In this document: in pieces, positions 24,541-38,665 of the stretch
Numbering within the stretch: the stretch's first letter is position 1
Layout of the letters: the number at the start of each line of letters is the position of its first letter
NCBI RefSeq assembly: GCF_030684315.1
Contig: NC_081354.1
Coordinates: 19,400,226 to 19,464,225, forward strand
Direction: 5' to 3'
From: Stegostoma tigrinum
Taxonomy: Eukaryota
Length of the DNA stretch: 64,000 bases
Program-made: the position numbers and the translations under genes
The notes under the pieces: model-generated
The model's database searches: none
Told to the model about the DNA's origin: nothing
What the model saw: the letters and a program-made list of their open reading frames with translations, nothing else

Positions 24541-26267
24541 ATTCAATTCTTATCTCTTGTGTGTAGCCTGTTCTGTGGCCACTTTCTGGATAAACTTAAA
24601 TCATGCGTAACATTGAGATTTTTGAATCATCTGGAGGGTAACAGCCAATGTACTTCACAGCAGGGATCAGTAACTAGTTATTGAGATCAAAAGTCACAAC
24701 TGATTTTCTTTCCTTTGTTTAGGTATTAAAATTATTAACAGAGGAGTCGGTTCAGCATGTCCTCACTGAATTCTTAGATATATTTTCTAATCAGTCCTGT
24801 TGAGACATGTTACTACACACCTCTGGAGTAGGTGGAACCTGAACCCAGGCTTTTTGGTAGAGAGAGAGAGAGGAGCTCTCCGACTGCACTACAAGAGCCC
24901 TCTCGCCACATTCTTCCTTAGTGTAGCTTGCAACACATGGATTTCCTAATTAACCCATTGTGCAAATATCTACTTGTCACTATTAAAGAGTGGTGTGTAT
25001 CTTAGCAATGAAAATAGTTAATAACTTTGTAATTGATCAGAATTGTTTTGAACGAAAGGTTTCCCCAGACCTCTTAGTCTGATACTTAAGTTAGCACATG
25101 AAATGCATCATGTGGATGTGACTGCATAAGGAAAATTCCATTATACGCAATATCAAGAATTCCAACGCTTCAGTTATGCTCTTTTGGACTTGTTGATTGT
25201 GGTATTCCACAGGAAGTCTAGTTTGATGTACTCTTACTAATATCACTTGCCAAGATAAGACATGAAAGTGGTGATACTTTACTTGATCTACAAAATGTAA
25301 ACTGGCTGTCTTACAAAAGTGTAGCATTTGCAAAATTCCATTATTATATTTGAATTTTCAAATCTTGGTTCTGAGAAATAAATGGGCATAGTGTATCTGC
25401 TGCTCCAGCATGGAATGCACTGTCTTGCAGGGGGATACGTTTAGCTAAAGTGTGGGACATAGAACACGTTGATAGACCTAATGATTTGGGGCACTGTCAA
25501 GTGTTTGCATCTAGAGTATCCTTCCTGTTGTATTGGTTGGCAAGATTATTTGGAGAGAGTGGGAAGATTTAGTTCACAGCACTGATCTGTTAAGTCCATT
25601 ATGAAGTTACTCATCAGCGTATTGGATTTAACAGGACCAGCCTGGTTCAGCTGTCAAATTAGTGAATGTGCCAAGGATCCAACAGATTTCATAGTTTTCT
25701 GTTGTATATAACTTTTGAGGCACATCAGACCTGACGTCGTACAAAAGGTAAGGACTGATGTATGCCATTCTACCTCCTAGAGCCCATTTTCACCCAGATT
25801 TCCTTCAAAATGCCATTTCATTCATTACTAATCAACATCAAACTTAAATGACTTGCAGCGATCATGCTGAAACCTCATGGGAATTTTGGCCAAAATATCT
25901 CTCTCCCATTAATTATTAATTTTTCCAATTCTGTGAAGTACATATTACATGGCTTGTTGAGTTTCAAATAGGAAATGAATAAAATTGCTCAAAACCTTTC
26001 AGGTTTTTAAACTATCATGGAAGGGTTTAAAAAATGTTAAGGCACATTCAGACTTTTCTTCAAAGAATTTGAAGAAATCCAGAGTTGCTGAAATACTCTT
26101 TTATTGTCTGTCCAATATATTTTATAAGCCCAGAGACCAAGTTTGTGCTCTGGAGTCTAAGTTTCTTACACTTCTTTGGGATTTGTTTGTACATACTTGT
26201 CTTCCTCTTGAAATTATTTTGGACTGATTGCAGAAATATAGCTCCTTCCCCCTTTTTTCCCCAAGAT

Positions 26268-26628
26268 GGGGTGGCACGGTAGTTCACTGGTTGCACTGCT
26301 ACCTCACAGTGGCAGGGTCCTGGGCTCAATTGCCGCCTCGGGTTATGGTGTCTGTGTGGAATTTGCATGTTCTCCCTGTATCTGTGTGGGTTTCCGCTGG
26401 GTGCTCTGGTTTCCTCCCACAGTGCAAAGATGTGCAGGTCAGGTGGATTTGCAGTGCTAAATTGTCCAGTGGACAGGGATGTGCAGGGTAGGTGCGTTTA
26501 GCCATGGGAAATGCAAGATTACAGGGATAGGGTGAGGGTGTAGGGTCTGGGTGGGATGTTGTTCAGCAGGTTGGTGCAGACCTGATGGGCTGAATGGCCT
26601 GCCTGCACGAAAAGGATTCAATTATTCT
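26268..26628 (+). mobile_element. tRNA-derived SINE, HE1/V-SINE type
   Basis: GGCACGGTAGTTCACTGG head, V-core CTGTGTGGAATTTGCATGTTCTCCC...GGGTGCTCTGGTTTCCTCCCACAG, tail GGGCTGAATGGCCT. Confidence 0.9.
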
Positions 26629-28354
26629 AATTGGGCTGGTCAAACTTTAATTGTGCACGCTCATCCCTTTTTCCCTCTGAAAATTACCTCTGTTATCGTA
26701 TCTTTTGTTGTCATCGCTTCACACGATTTGCTGGTGCAGGCCAGTTCATTTCTTGTTCCAAGCCACACCTGATAGACAACATTGAGTTAATGTTAAAAAT
26801 ACAATTCTAGAACAAGATTCAAGATGAGGCCTGTGTCCTGTATTAGTTTGTTTCATACTACAGCACCTCCCAGTTCTCTCTCTCTCTGAATCTAAGTATA
26901 TACTTTGTGAACACAAAATATTGCCTCCTCCCCACATTGGTTAAGAACACTTCAGTCTTCTCCATTCATCCTCAACTCCAATCTTACTTGCTGCACTTTA
27001 CTCATATCCAGTTGAATTTAATTGTCACTGCTGTCACACCCCAAGTGTTTTACTCCCAGTACCCGAGCACCCCTCTGACTACAACAGGGAGCCCTGACCC
27101 ATGAGCATAGTTTAACCAATGCGAGATTGAGCCCAGCTCTTTGGCCCCATGGTGAGATCCAGGAGAAAACAGCTGCTGTAAAGATGAATTTAATCTTTGC
27201 AGCACTGCATCAGGGATTGAGCTTGAAATTATTGGCGTTCCCTCCCTAAAAGCATTGTGGGTTCTGCTTTCACTAAATGCAGCAGGTCAAGAAAGCAACA
27301 TGCTGCCACGTTTTCAAGGGCAAGTGGGAGTGCTATATATGCTGTTCAGGAAAGACTACCAGAGTGACCATAGAAATGGCTCCTGCAAACACAAGTGGAT
27401 AGAGTGTGTGGTATTTTTAATGACTAGCAGACAAATGAATTTTTTCACCTGAGGTGAAGCACAAGCTGATGTGCCTGATTTAGTGGAGAAGCAGATTCTG
27501 TCATGGACATAAAAGTTAACATGGAACAGCAAGTAAAATCAGGGTACTTCAGGAAAAAAAATGTGCAAGCACACTTCATGAGGCTAAGATAGGAGTATAC
27601 AATGTCGCTGAAGCCACTCGCCATATTAAAATGTAGACTGCTCACAGGGAGACTCTGTAAAGGAGTCTGTCATTGCAACTGCTAGTTTTACTATTTCTGG
27701 AGAAACATGAGTCAATTCAGTGTGAGTTGCCTTGCAGAACCATGTCAAATTTCACTATTAATGTGGCCAGATATTGAAAAGTTTGGGTTTCAGTCAGCTG
27801 CAGAATCTTTCTACAGCATCAAGCTAATGATGAGATAAGAAACACAACGAGTACTAGTCAACTGACTATTTTAGTGTATGGAATCTCAGATTTTGAGATT
27901 GGAAAGAATTTTCAGCTTTCGTGGCAGTGCATGATATCACCAAAGGGAGGGGAGATTGTTTTGACAGTTTTATATTTGCAGTGCTAGAGACTTTTAGTTA
28001 TCAACTTACCCTCTTAAAGTGATCTTGCTACTAATGGTGCTGTGTAAATGTTTGGATCTCGAGATTAGTTACGTAGTCAAGAAAGAAAGGGACTGCCTCA
28101 ACCTTGATAGATGTGAGTCAAATGCCACATTCGTGGTAAAATCTGTTTAACTTAAATCGTTTCATTCGTCAAATGAATTTGTGCGCACGGTCCCTGCAGC
28201 TGAGAAATTTAATGTCAAAAGTTGATGCCTGATTCTAATGTGGTTAAAAATAGAATTTTGGACAGGTACCAGTATGAAGAGTTACTGAAAGACCTTGAAT
28301 CAGTATGATGGTTTAGGTTGCTGTTGTGAAATGAGGATGTTTAAAATGCATTTG

Positions 28355-29950
28355 TGGAATATGGGTGTTGGTGGGTGAACCAGCATTTATTGCCCATCTC
28401 CAGTTGCCACTTGAACTAACTGGCTTACTAGGATCATCCGAAGACAGTTAATAGTCAATGACACTACAGATCAGCTAGAGCAGTAAGAAAACAAGAACTA
28501 GGAATGGAAGTAGGCAATTCAACTCCTCGAGCCAGATCAGCTATTTTAATAAGACCATGTCTGATTGCACTTCAGCTTCAACTTCACTTTCCTGCTGGCT
28601 ATCCAAACCCTTCAATCTATAACTAATTAAACATCGATCAAAGTTATTCAGTGTCCCAGCATCCACCACACGCTGGGATAATGAATTACGTAAGTACATG
28701 ACCGTTTAAGAGATGTTATTTCTGCTCATCTCTTTTAAATCTGTTACCCCTTAGCCTAAAAATAGTCTTCTCATTCCATGTTACCCCACATGAGGAAACA
28801 TGCTCTGTGTCCACTTTATCGATCTTCTTCAGCATCATACACACTTCAGACAGAGCTACTCTCATTCTTCTAAACTCCAGAGAGTGTAGACCTAAAATGC
28901 TCAATCTTTCTCCACAAACAATTGTCAGGGTTTAAGCTATAGGGAGAGGTTGAATAGCCTGGGGCTATTTTCCCTGGAGTGTCAGAGGCTGAGGAGTGAC
29001 CTTAGAAGTTTGTAAAATCATGAAGGACATGTATAGGGTGAATAGGCAGGGTGTTTTTCCCCCAAGATAGGGGGAGTCGAAAAGTAGAGAGCATAAGTTT
29101 AATGCGAAAGGGAAAGATTTAAAAGGGACCTAAAAGGGGCAATATTTTCATGCGTAGGGTAGCGTGTTTATGGAATGAACTGTCAGATGAAGTGATGGAG
29201 GCTTGTGTAATTACAACATTTAAAAGGCAAGAGTATATGAATAGGAAGGGTTTGGAATGATGTAGGGAAAATGTTGGAAAATGGGACTAGATTAATTGAG
29301 AAAATTTGGTTGACGTGAACAAGTTGGAACCAAGGGTCTGCTTCCATGGCGTACATTTCTGACTCGAAGACAAACCCTTCATTTATGGACTAAAGCTAGT
29401 TCGTGAATCTCCTGCAAACTCCAATGCAACCACATCCTCCCCTCCTTTTAGGCATACCTGTACTCTAGGTGTGGTCTTGGTAATGTCTTTTAAAATTGCA
29501 CAACATTTCATTACTTCTATACTCTGTTTTCTATGAACTTATTTCCAATGAATGCCAAAAACCCATTTGCTTTCGTTGTTACTTGCTATATCTGCATGGT
29601 AGTTTTGTGTGATTCATGCATGAGGACACCTAGATGCTTCTGCACCAAAGCATTGTGTTTTCTTGCTCTTAGTTTAAACAATAAGTTGCCTTTCTATTCC
29701 TATGACCAAACTAGTTAACTTATCAATATTAAATCCCATCTGCTAGATGTTGGCCCCCAATAGCAGTTTCCTTCCCTAATGGGCATTGGTGAACCAGATG
29801 GGCTTTTGCAACAATCGACAATGGTGATTGCCATCTTCTAATACCAGACTTTCATTTGCCATGGTGAGATTAGAACTTGCGTTTTCAGAACATTAACCTG
29901 GATCCCTGGATTACTAGTCCAGTGACAACAACCTTGTCATTGCCTCCTCC
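28355..29950 (-). mobile_element. Deu-domain-type SINE split by nested CR1 insertions (pieces ~28355-28480 and ~29762-29950)
   Basis: CCAGCATTTATTGCCCATCTCCAGTTGCC and CAGTTTCCTTCCCTAATGGGCATTGGTGAACCAGATGGG...CTGGATTACTAGTCCAG match the contiguous copy at 46480-46985; family name recalled, not searched. Confidence 0.7.
28490..29760 (-). mobile_element. CR1 LINE 3' fragment (minus), itself interrupted by a plus-strand CR1 3' end at ~28925-29365
   Basis: ORF 28716-28904 (-) LGLHSLEFRRMRVALSEVCMMLKKIDKVD is the CR1 C-terminal signature; the inner copy has GGGGCTATTTTCCCTGGAGTGTCAGAGGCTGAGGAGTGACCTT. Confidence 0.85.
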
Positions 29951-31256
29951 ATCAGCTAGGCAGAATGCTGATGCAGTTTTATGACCAAGGAATACAAAGT
30001 GAACGTTTTGAGACCAAAAAAATCTGTAGCTGTGCTCAATGACCACAAGTGGTGGTGTGACTAAGTATTTGTAGTCAGTATTGTGCACTACCTGTCTGAG
30101 TTCAGTGTCACATAGTGAGTACCAACTAGGTCCTTAGATCTATTAAATGTGAAATCATTGGAAATCAAATTAAAGTGTAGCCACTTCAGCTGGAAAAGGA
30201 CGGTACAGTATATTTTTCTACCCTTCATGCCTTGGAATGTGCAAATTTATTTCAGAAATTTTCTACATGATTTTAGGACCAAAAAGTGAAAGAACCAGAG
30301 TTGAATACTTTTGCTACTCTGCTCAGTATTGAAGTTGCTGATGTACCTGGGAATCTTCAACTTCAAGTCTCAACTACAAAGCAACAGTGAACTGAAGGCC
30401 ATACGGTAATCTCCCTCTGCTGAAATGCTAGAGTCCATGCAGGTACCCAAATTTTCCAAACTCTCAGACATGCAATAAGAATCACATCACTGTTCAAAAC
30501 TATATATTGCTATGAGCAATTATTTTCAAAACTTTGCAGAAAAGAACTTTTTGTATTTGAAATTAATAAGAATTTGGAACAACAGTTGTACATAGCAACA
30601 TACAGCCTGTAACATCTTCATTGGCAGCAGCCATAAGGCTTAGCAAAGCAAAGCAACCTTGACTATCTCATTTAAGACAAGTGAGTTAAATTTTTTTGTT
30701 TACATCACCCAACCAGGTAAGTGGGGTTTTGGTTTCATTTTCCACCCCTAAAAAAAGCATGCCTGACAGTATAGTATGCCCTCTGTGGTCCACCGGAATA
30801 TCAGCTGTGATTTTAACGCTTAAGCCCTGGGGTAGTATTTGAGCTTGGTGGCTCAGGCAGGAGTGCTACTAGCTGATGCCAAATAGCATACTTGAGAATT
30901 ATGAAGGGGCTTAATTAGGCAAACATACAGGTAATCTCAACTTGTCTGCCGAATAGGAAATTCAGGGAGAAAAAAAGAATTTCATGTGGTTAAAATTTCA
31001 CATGTAATTACAGAGTTCTACTTTGTCATAGTATGTGAAATGCCTCGGTCTACGAAACCTGGAAAATTGTGCATGTTTGTGAGGGTATTCACTGAAATGT
31101 GAGGGAATACAGAGAGTTACACGACGGCATAGGTTTAGTAAAGCAGTAAAATCAACAGGTTGTCTCCCCACTGCAAGGGAAATATTGAATTTGGAGACCA
31201 TACGGTGATAAATCAGCAGAATGGTACCTGGTACCAAAGTCACAAAGCTTGAGGTA

Positions 31257-31304
31257 CATTCTTTTGGAGGTAAAACTAACCATTCTTTTGGAGGTAAAAC
31301 TAAC
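31257..31304. repeat. Perfect 24-bp tandem duplication
   Basis: CATTCTTTTGGAGGTAAAACTAAC occurs twice in succession. Confidence 0.9.
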
Positions 31305-32299
31305 CACCCTTTTGCCATTTCAATCCAGGTAATAAACCATTTAGAACAAACCCGTTGTAGAAACTCTGCAATTCCAAAAGACAAGACATTGTTGAATTAA
31401 TGATTTAAGGCTAAGTTTTGGCATCTGCAAAACCAAGGTCAAATTGACCAGAAAAGCTATCCACTACATTTGATCGATAATAGGCTAGGGAATAGATAGA
31501 GAAAAAAGCAGTGGCATACATTTAAAGGAGTATTTCAGGAAAAAGTTTACCCCTACTATAAACAAATTCTGAGAGCAGACCCTCCCATCTGTTTGAAATT
31601 AGCAAACTTGAGGAAAGCATCAGACTGAAAAGTGCATAAGTGTGTTAAGTGACAGGTCAGATGATTGGTGGATGACATTAACAAGTCTTGTTAGGCAAGG
31701 GAATCATAAGTGATCAGGAGCAGCTGGAAATGTGGAATTTGGAATGTGCACAGATCAGCCATGATCTTCCTGAATAGCAGAGCAGACGTGGGCTGAATTG
31801 CTGACTTTGACATGTAATACATGTTTTATGTAAAGTAACAATATAGTTAACAGAAGTCTTGATCAGCAATTTTAGACATGAATATTTTGAGAAAATATAA
31901 ATGCTAGTGGATTCACAGAAGTTTAAACTCAGCAAAAATGCACATTGCATTAAATTTTTAACAATCTGCAAGTAACAACATCAACTCTAATGACAGAACA
32001 GAGAAGGAGAATTTTGAAATTGCTGCTGATAAAAGAGAGAAACAAACCTGGATTGTGCTTTTCAGATTAAGGTTTTATGTTTAAGGGCAGAAACAAGATG
32101 GTTCTCAAATGATCCTAGTCTCTTAAAGGAGCAATACCCCATTTTTGTCAGTTTTCATCACAGTGCAATGGCTGTATCAAAAACTTGTATTTCTGAGGGG
32201 GCAAATATAATTCGTCTTCAAGTGAAGTGAGAAGCAGCAAGTGAAATGAGAAGCCTTACTAAATTTCTCTTCGACTGCCTCCGACCTACCAATTGGTTG

Positions 32300-34600
32300 A
32301 GAGAGGTACAAGACTGGTAGTTTAACTTTTACAGGATTTGGATGTTTCGAATGAGATAGAGAAGGATGTACAAGAGGTGAGGGAGTTAGATTACTGATCA
32401 GGGAGAATATCACAGCTATGTTGAGGAAAGGACACTTTTGGAGGGCTCATTCGGAGAGGCCATGTGGGTAGAGTTCTGCAATAGAAAGTGTGCGATCATT
32501 TTGGGAATTTACAGCAGACCCACCCCCCCACCAAAAAAAAAACCCAGCTGGAAATAGAAGAATAGATAGGTATGGGGAGATAGTATGGGCAAAAAAGGTT
32601 TTCCAAAAAAAAGCGGGTGATTTTTAACCTCACTGGTATTGCCTGGGATTATATTAGTACGGAGGCTTGGTTTGGGGGGAGGGGGCATTTGTTAGGTGTG
32701 TCCAAGAGGGTTTCTTGAAGCAATATATAAAGAGTGCAAATTAGGAAAGGGCTATAGAGCCATGCTGGACTTGGTGTTAGGAATGAGCTGAGACAGGTGA
32801 TTGAAGTTTATAGGGGTAGCATTTCAGAACAGTGACGGTAATTCCCTAAGTTGTAAGTTGATTATGAATAAGGATAACAGTGGTGCTTGGATGAATGTAC
32901 TAAACTAGTGGAAGGCTATCTCTCAAAATATGAGCTAGGATTTGGGGAGTGTATATGGGGCAGCTGTTTGGGGATAAATCCATATCTGGCATCTGGTACT
33001 TTTTTTTTTAAAAAGTCAGTTGATTTTGAGTTCAGGACCAGCAAGTCCATGTGAAAATGAAGGATAAGAATGGCAAGATTCAGGTACCTTTGATAACAAG
33101 AAATGTTGAACTTAGTCAGAAAACAAAAAGGATATGTAAGGATTTGAAAACAGCACCCTTGAATTTTTTTTTTAAAAAGGCAGGAAAGAACTGAAATGAA
33201 GGCTAAAAGGGACCTTAAAATTTCCCTGGCAAACAGGATTAAGGAAAATCTCAAGGTGTTTTATACAAGGATCAAGAGGGTAGATCGGGAATGGTTATGT
33301 CCACTCGAGGACAAAAGAAGCAGCTTATGTGTGGAGCTGGAGAAAGTTTTTGAGATCCTTGATGAACATTTCTGCATTGCTATTTACAAAGGAGAAGGGC
33401 ATAGTGAGTTGAGAAGGGGGTACGTTGATATTCTAAGGCATGTCAACGTAAAAAAGGTGGTGCTGGTATTTTGAAAAGCATTTAGACTTCTTGGGATCTA
33501 TCACAGAATGCTGAGGGAGGTGAGGTCGGAAATTGCTGGGGCTTTGTATGATGGCTTGATATCCTGACGTTACAGGAGAGGTCCCAGAGGATTAGAGAAT
33601 AGCTAATGTTCTTTTGAAGATACAGGCCAGTAAGCTGTAGGTCACTGGTAGGGAATTTATTGGAGAACATTAGGGGACAAGACTTACTCAGACTGGATAA
33701 ATATGGACTTATTAGAATAGACAGCATGGCTTTGTGATGATAGTCATGCCTCTTAAACTTGGCTGAGTCTTTTGAGGAAGTGACAAAGATGATGGAGGAC
33801 TGTGGTAGGTTGTCTACATGGACTTCAGCAAAGACTTTGATAAGGTTCCTCATGGCAGGCCGAGTGGCAAGTTGAAGTCACGTGAGATCTGTGGTGAGTT
33901 GATACAGAGCTGCTAGGTCAGAGAAGACCATAGTCGTGGAAAGGGGTAGTGGCTTGAAATGTCAGCTTTTGTGCTCCTAAGATGCTGCTTGGCCTGCTGT
34001 GTTCATCCAGCTCCACACTTTGCCTACCCAACACCAGTCAGTAAAAAGATGATAATCTGATTTGTAAAGTTTTCGGGCAGTGCAAAGATTGAGGAAGCTG
34101 CGGATTGTGAGAGGATTGCCACAAGATATGGATGGACCGGAGACTTGGGCAGAGAAATGGTGGATGGAATGTAATCCAGACAAATGCAATGTTATGGGTT
34201 TTGGAATGTCTAATCCAGGAGTACAGTAAATGACAGAACCTTTAGAAGTTGCAACATAAATGTCCAAAATTTGCAAGATTTTGGCCCACAGGTCCCTGAA
34301 AGCAGCAATACAAGTGATTAAGGTATTCAATTACTCGTGGACATGTGGGTTTAAGGTAAAAGGAAAAATGTTGAAAGGCGATGTGAGGGGTAAGGTTTTT
34401 AGAGGGTGCGATGCCTGTAAGATATATGACCAGAAGAGGTGAAAGAAGAAAATAGAATAGCAATGTTTTAAGAGGCATCTGTACAGAAGGCAGAGAATAG
34501 AGGGATACAGAGGTCATGGGGCAAAAAGACTTCAGTTTACGAAGGTGCCATTTATCAGCAAAAGCTTGGTATGGCCGAAGGCCCGGTTGCTGTGCTGTAC
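32300..34600 (+). mobile_element. Long degraded CR1 LINE (APE endonuclease to 3' UTR)
   Basis: GGTGATTTTTAAC (GDFN), CTGGACTTGGTGTTAGG (LDLVL), ACAGTGAC (SDH region), LANRIKENLKVFY, GTCTACATGGACTTCAGCAAAGACTTTGATAAGGTTCC (YMDFSKxFDKV). Confidence 0.88.
33955..34022 (+). mobile_element. Penelope family-1 fragment inserted in CR1
   Basis: GAAATGTCAGCTTTTGTGCTCCTAAGATGCTGCTTGGCCTGCTGTGTTCATCCAGCTCCACACTTTG matches 18370-18434. Confidence 0.8.
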
Positions 34601-36454
34601 CATCATTTATTTTTGATCTTTATAAGCTGAAACAGTTAAATCACCATGCTGCATTGACTCTTTTAAATTTAAGAAGTCTCCTCTCACTTGGTACGTGTTA
34701 CTTGTAAGCAAAAATGAATTGAATGAGGGGATGAATGAGAAAAACATCCTTCTGTACACCCCAACAGTAATTACATTTAAAAGAAATGATTGAAGATTTA
34801 TGACTCACTGAGCAATGGAGTGGTAAGATGTAGGGTGGTTGTGAGGTAAGGCTTTTTAAAAAGTGTTGAGTTTTCTCAGGCCATTCTATTGTCTATGCTT
34901 GAAATCTCTTGAGTAATATTCCTTTGGCACCTTCTCCAACTTTGAATCACTTGAGTCTTAAGTGTTGTTTCTTGTCATGTGTATTGCAATACGTATGGTG
35001 CTTAACCAGAGAAAAGTATAACACCCAGTGTATACTAGTGTTACACTGCCTCTCGGTGTTGGCATATAGCTTCAACTTTGTAATTTTAAATTTAATAAAT
35101 ACCTCTCATTAGGTTTGCAAGATTCATTAACTAAACTGTGAATTGCGCTATAAGCTATTTGCAGATATAGATGAAGCATGTCATCACTGTTTTAAGTAGC
35201 AAACATCGATAATGCCTGCTTGCTTTCCTTAATGAATCGGGGGGTGAGGTCATCTAAGGAACGTGATTTAGAATATTTGCTGGACATTGGGGTACTGCAG
35301 AGTTCGGTTAGTGTTTATCATGTTGATGTGAATTTTGGGAATGGCTTCAAAAGGATGAGTACCTTGGTTATTTAAATGGCACAATCGTTCATCCTACAGT
35401 AGTGCACAGCTGTAAAACACAGTTTAACATAGATTGCCATGACGATCTTTACAAAAGATATGACTTGTCACTGTGAGGCTAAGTGCTACACTTTGTGATT
35501 AGAAGTAAAACAATTTGTCATTTCAGCATCCCAAGAATTAGTCTCATTATTCCCTGAAATGTGGCATAAAATTCCTGCAAGCTGTTTTTTTGAATGTAGG
35601 AGCTACAATTAATTGATCAAAATGATTAAATGAACTCTCCTGAATGAAACGCACTTGGCATAATTTTTTTTTAACAGAAGAGCTCAGATCTTTTGCCCTG
35701 TGGATAGTGGGAGATTGCACGCATGTGAGAGAGATGCATGCGAGGACTCTTCAGAAGCCCTAATGCAGTGACTGCACAGTGGATGGAGGCAGTGAGTTTG
35801 GACAATTCCGACTGACGTAGCTTGATAATTACCTCGAACCAACGAGATTAAAACAATGTCTAATCCCTTGATAACTATAAATGACTCACCTTGCCTCAGT
35901 CAAACTCTTAACTTCCCTGACGAGATTCATCCACCAAATTCTGACTCCTTAAGCTGATGACTCAACTTGTAACCCTTCCTACTTTGCCGTTCATGTCACT
36001 TGTCTCACTCATACACACTCAGCATTAACACATTGAAAACTTCTGGGACATCCAGACAGTTTTTCAGCATGTTTGTGATTGAATGTAACACAATGATGCT
36101 ATTGCATTTATGAAAGAAAGGGCATAGCACGTCTTCCCTCAACAATCCAGAATCACAAAGAAGGCCTTCTATTTTGTATACGTTCCGTGCTTCTGAAAAA
36201 AAAGCATTGTGCATCCTGGCCAGAAATGTGAGTTTCATTGCCACGCACTCCAACATTTTTGGGTACAATCTGACCATGACTGCCACTCCTCGGAAGATTG
36301 GGACCAAAATATTTTTAATCTTTTTGTAGCAAAGCTTCATGTTGCATTACTGTTAGGACGATGCGATAGGATATCGGCAACATAATTATTTAAAAAAAAA
36401 CAAATGGCATTGTGCATTCTAAATCACCAGTGTAGGTTTATCCATTAATTGATT

Positions 36455-36768
36455 GGGGAGGCACGGTGGCTCAGTGGTTAGCACTGCTGCATCACAGTGC
36501 CAGGGACCCATGGACCCTCTGGCGACTGTCAGTGTGGAGTTTGCATGTTCTTCCCATGTCTGTGTGGGTTTCCTCCAGATGCTCCGGTTTGCCTCCCACA
36601 GTCCAAAGATGTGCAGGTGAGGTGGATTGGCCATGCTAAATTGCCCATAGTGTTCTGGAATGTGTAACTTAGATGGGTTATGGGGAATGGGTCTGGGTGG
36701 GATGTTCCAAGGGTTGGTGTGGACTTGTTGGGCTGAAGCACCTGTTTCCACGCTGTAGGGATTCTATG
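36455..36768 (+). mobile_element. tRNA-derived SINE, HE1/V-SINE type
   Basis: GGCACGGTGGCTCAGTGGTTAGCACTGCTGC head, V-core, CTGTTTCCACGCTGTAGGGATTCTATG tail. Confidence 0.9.
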
Positions 36769-37629
36769 TATTGAGATAATTTGAAAAATTGAGCCCAACC
36801 TCCATTAAAATGTTTTCTATATACTAATAGCTACTTTCTACATGAGTACTGAGACCAATTCGGGTCATGTTGAGTTCTACCCTGTGGAGAGTTATCGAGT
36901 AAACTGAATTCACATCTGTGGTTGCAGATTTTCTTGCTATGACTCAGCATATTTCAAGTCAAACAGTATCTGATTGGTATGTGAATATTTGAATCCTGTT
37001 GCAGTAAAATGTGTCAAATGAAAATCGATCAAGATGGGCCAAGCTTTAAGGCTTTTCTAAAGCAAAAATGTCTTATTCACTTAGCTCAAAAAAAATGAAA
37101 ATTGTGATGAAAGACAGGATTGTGTGTCTGTATATGTACACTAATATTTGTTTTAATTGGCAATTAATTATCTGAAATACCAGATGTTTACTGTATTGTT
37201 GATCTCTGATGTCAAAGTAATCAGTTAAGGGTGTGATTGAGAAGGCTCTCAGCTGCAAAGTTTTATTTAAGGCAAAGTTGCATAATTGTTTGTGATTTAT
37301 GCTGTAAATTAAGGATAATAGTGATGTGTATACTCCCAGCATTACATTTCTATTATTTAGTGTGTGTTTTTACTTTGATTGTGTTGACTTCTTGATCAAC
37401 CAGAATATTTGATCATCTGACACACTCCTGGTCCCGTAGGTGCTATTTAATAAAATGTTAGCTGTGTATGGTTTTGCATTTGTATTTTAGAATAGTAGAA
37501 CATGTAGTTGGTTACTTTTCTGAAGGATTGAAAAAATTGAAGTATTTTAACAACGGTGACCTAATCCAATCTGTGTTAAAGAGCAGGGAACCATTCGAAT
37601 GTTCAGGAAGGGAATTGGTTCTTTTGTGC

Positions 37630-38227
37630 TGGTTTATGACAGTGTGTATCTGTTTGAAGGTTGTTTAGCTTCCTTTTGGTTCAGGTCAGAGGTATCTTGA
37701 CAGGGATCAGAAGAAAATATAATTTCTCTCCTGCAAAAGGTATGTGGGCCAGTTCGAGAAAAGCACATCTACTTAAGTAGACAAGTTCAGTTTATGCACC
37801 TTCTAGATGAAGAACCATTGATTTGGAAACCAACAAGTACTGGAAGCTCTTTTTGCATGTATTCAGTTGAGAAGACTTCACAGTCGACAGTTTAAATAAA
37901 AAACTGGGGGCAATCAGTGTTGAACTGAAAGATTTAACGTGATGGCTAATTTCTCCCTGGATTTGACTAACTGTGAAAAGTTTGCATTGAGGTATAGCTC
38001 AAACCTTTGGTTTGCTGGGTGAGTTTTAAGTGTTTTTTAATCTGCTGTATATCCAAGTAACACTTTTTTTCTTTGTGGAATAAACTTCTGTTAAAGAAAC
38101 TGCACCCTTGTGTGATTGTTCAAGTCAATGAACACCCAATTAAACAATGTTTTAAACTATCCATCAGGCCACATTTCATTCTGGGATCTGACTACTCCAG
38201 TAGTACCATTAGTTAGGATCATGACCA
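37630..38227 (+). mobile_element. Possible degraded solo LTR
   Basis: Begins GGTTTATGACAGTG, has AATAAA at ~38079 and ends GGATCATGACCA (degenerate TG..CA termini); no TSD confirmed. Confidence 0.3.
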
Positions 38228-38399
38228 AGATTCCCACCTCAGTATTGATTAGATCAGTATCCTTGATTTTTGTTTATTGGCTCAGAATTGCTTAAGATAA
38301 AATTCAGATCAATTTTGCTAAACTGTAAACTCGATTATTTCTATATATTATTTATTGTCTAATTTGGGTGTTGTTTCAAACCCTCCTTTCTTTTTTCAG

Positions 38400-38665
38400 G
38401 CTCTACTGCAAGTAGTCCAATTATAACACCATGAAAGGCATCTGAAAGTTTCCAAACACAGGAGAGTTTTGCTCGTTGAGATTATACTTCACCATCTGTC
38501 ATGCCAGTAGAGTGAAACTTCCATCTGTTGACTACTTGCAGTCTGTATAAATGCTCGTCCAAACAGTTGGTCTTCAGTCACTCCTGGGGTGAGCAGCTCC
38601 AGATAATTATTAAATACCAGTAAGAAAAATGTTGCAAGAATTAAGAATGCCGACAACTTAGCTTC
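38400..38665 (+). other. KIAA0232: 5'-UTR part of the KIAA0232 start-codon exon, with four uORFs
   Basis: Strong acceptor CCCTCCTTTCTTTTTTCAG|G at 38399/38400; uORFs at 38431-38445, 38501-38515, 38551-38592 and 38629-38661. Confidence 0.8.

Noticed and set aside
31257-31304. CRISPR-like repeat
   Set aside because: Two adjacent units without spacer in eukaryotic DNA; a simple tandem duplication.
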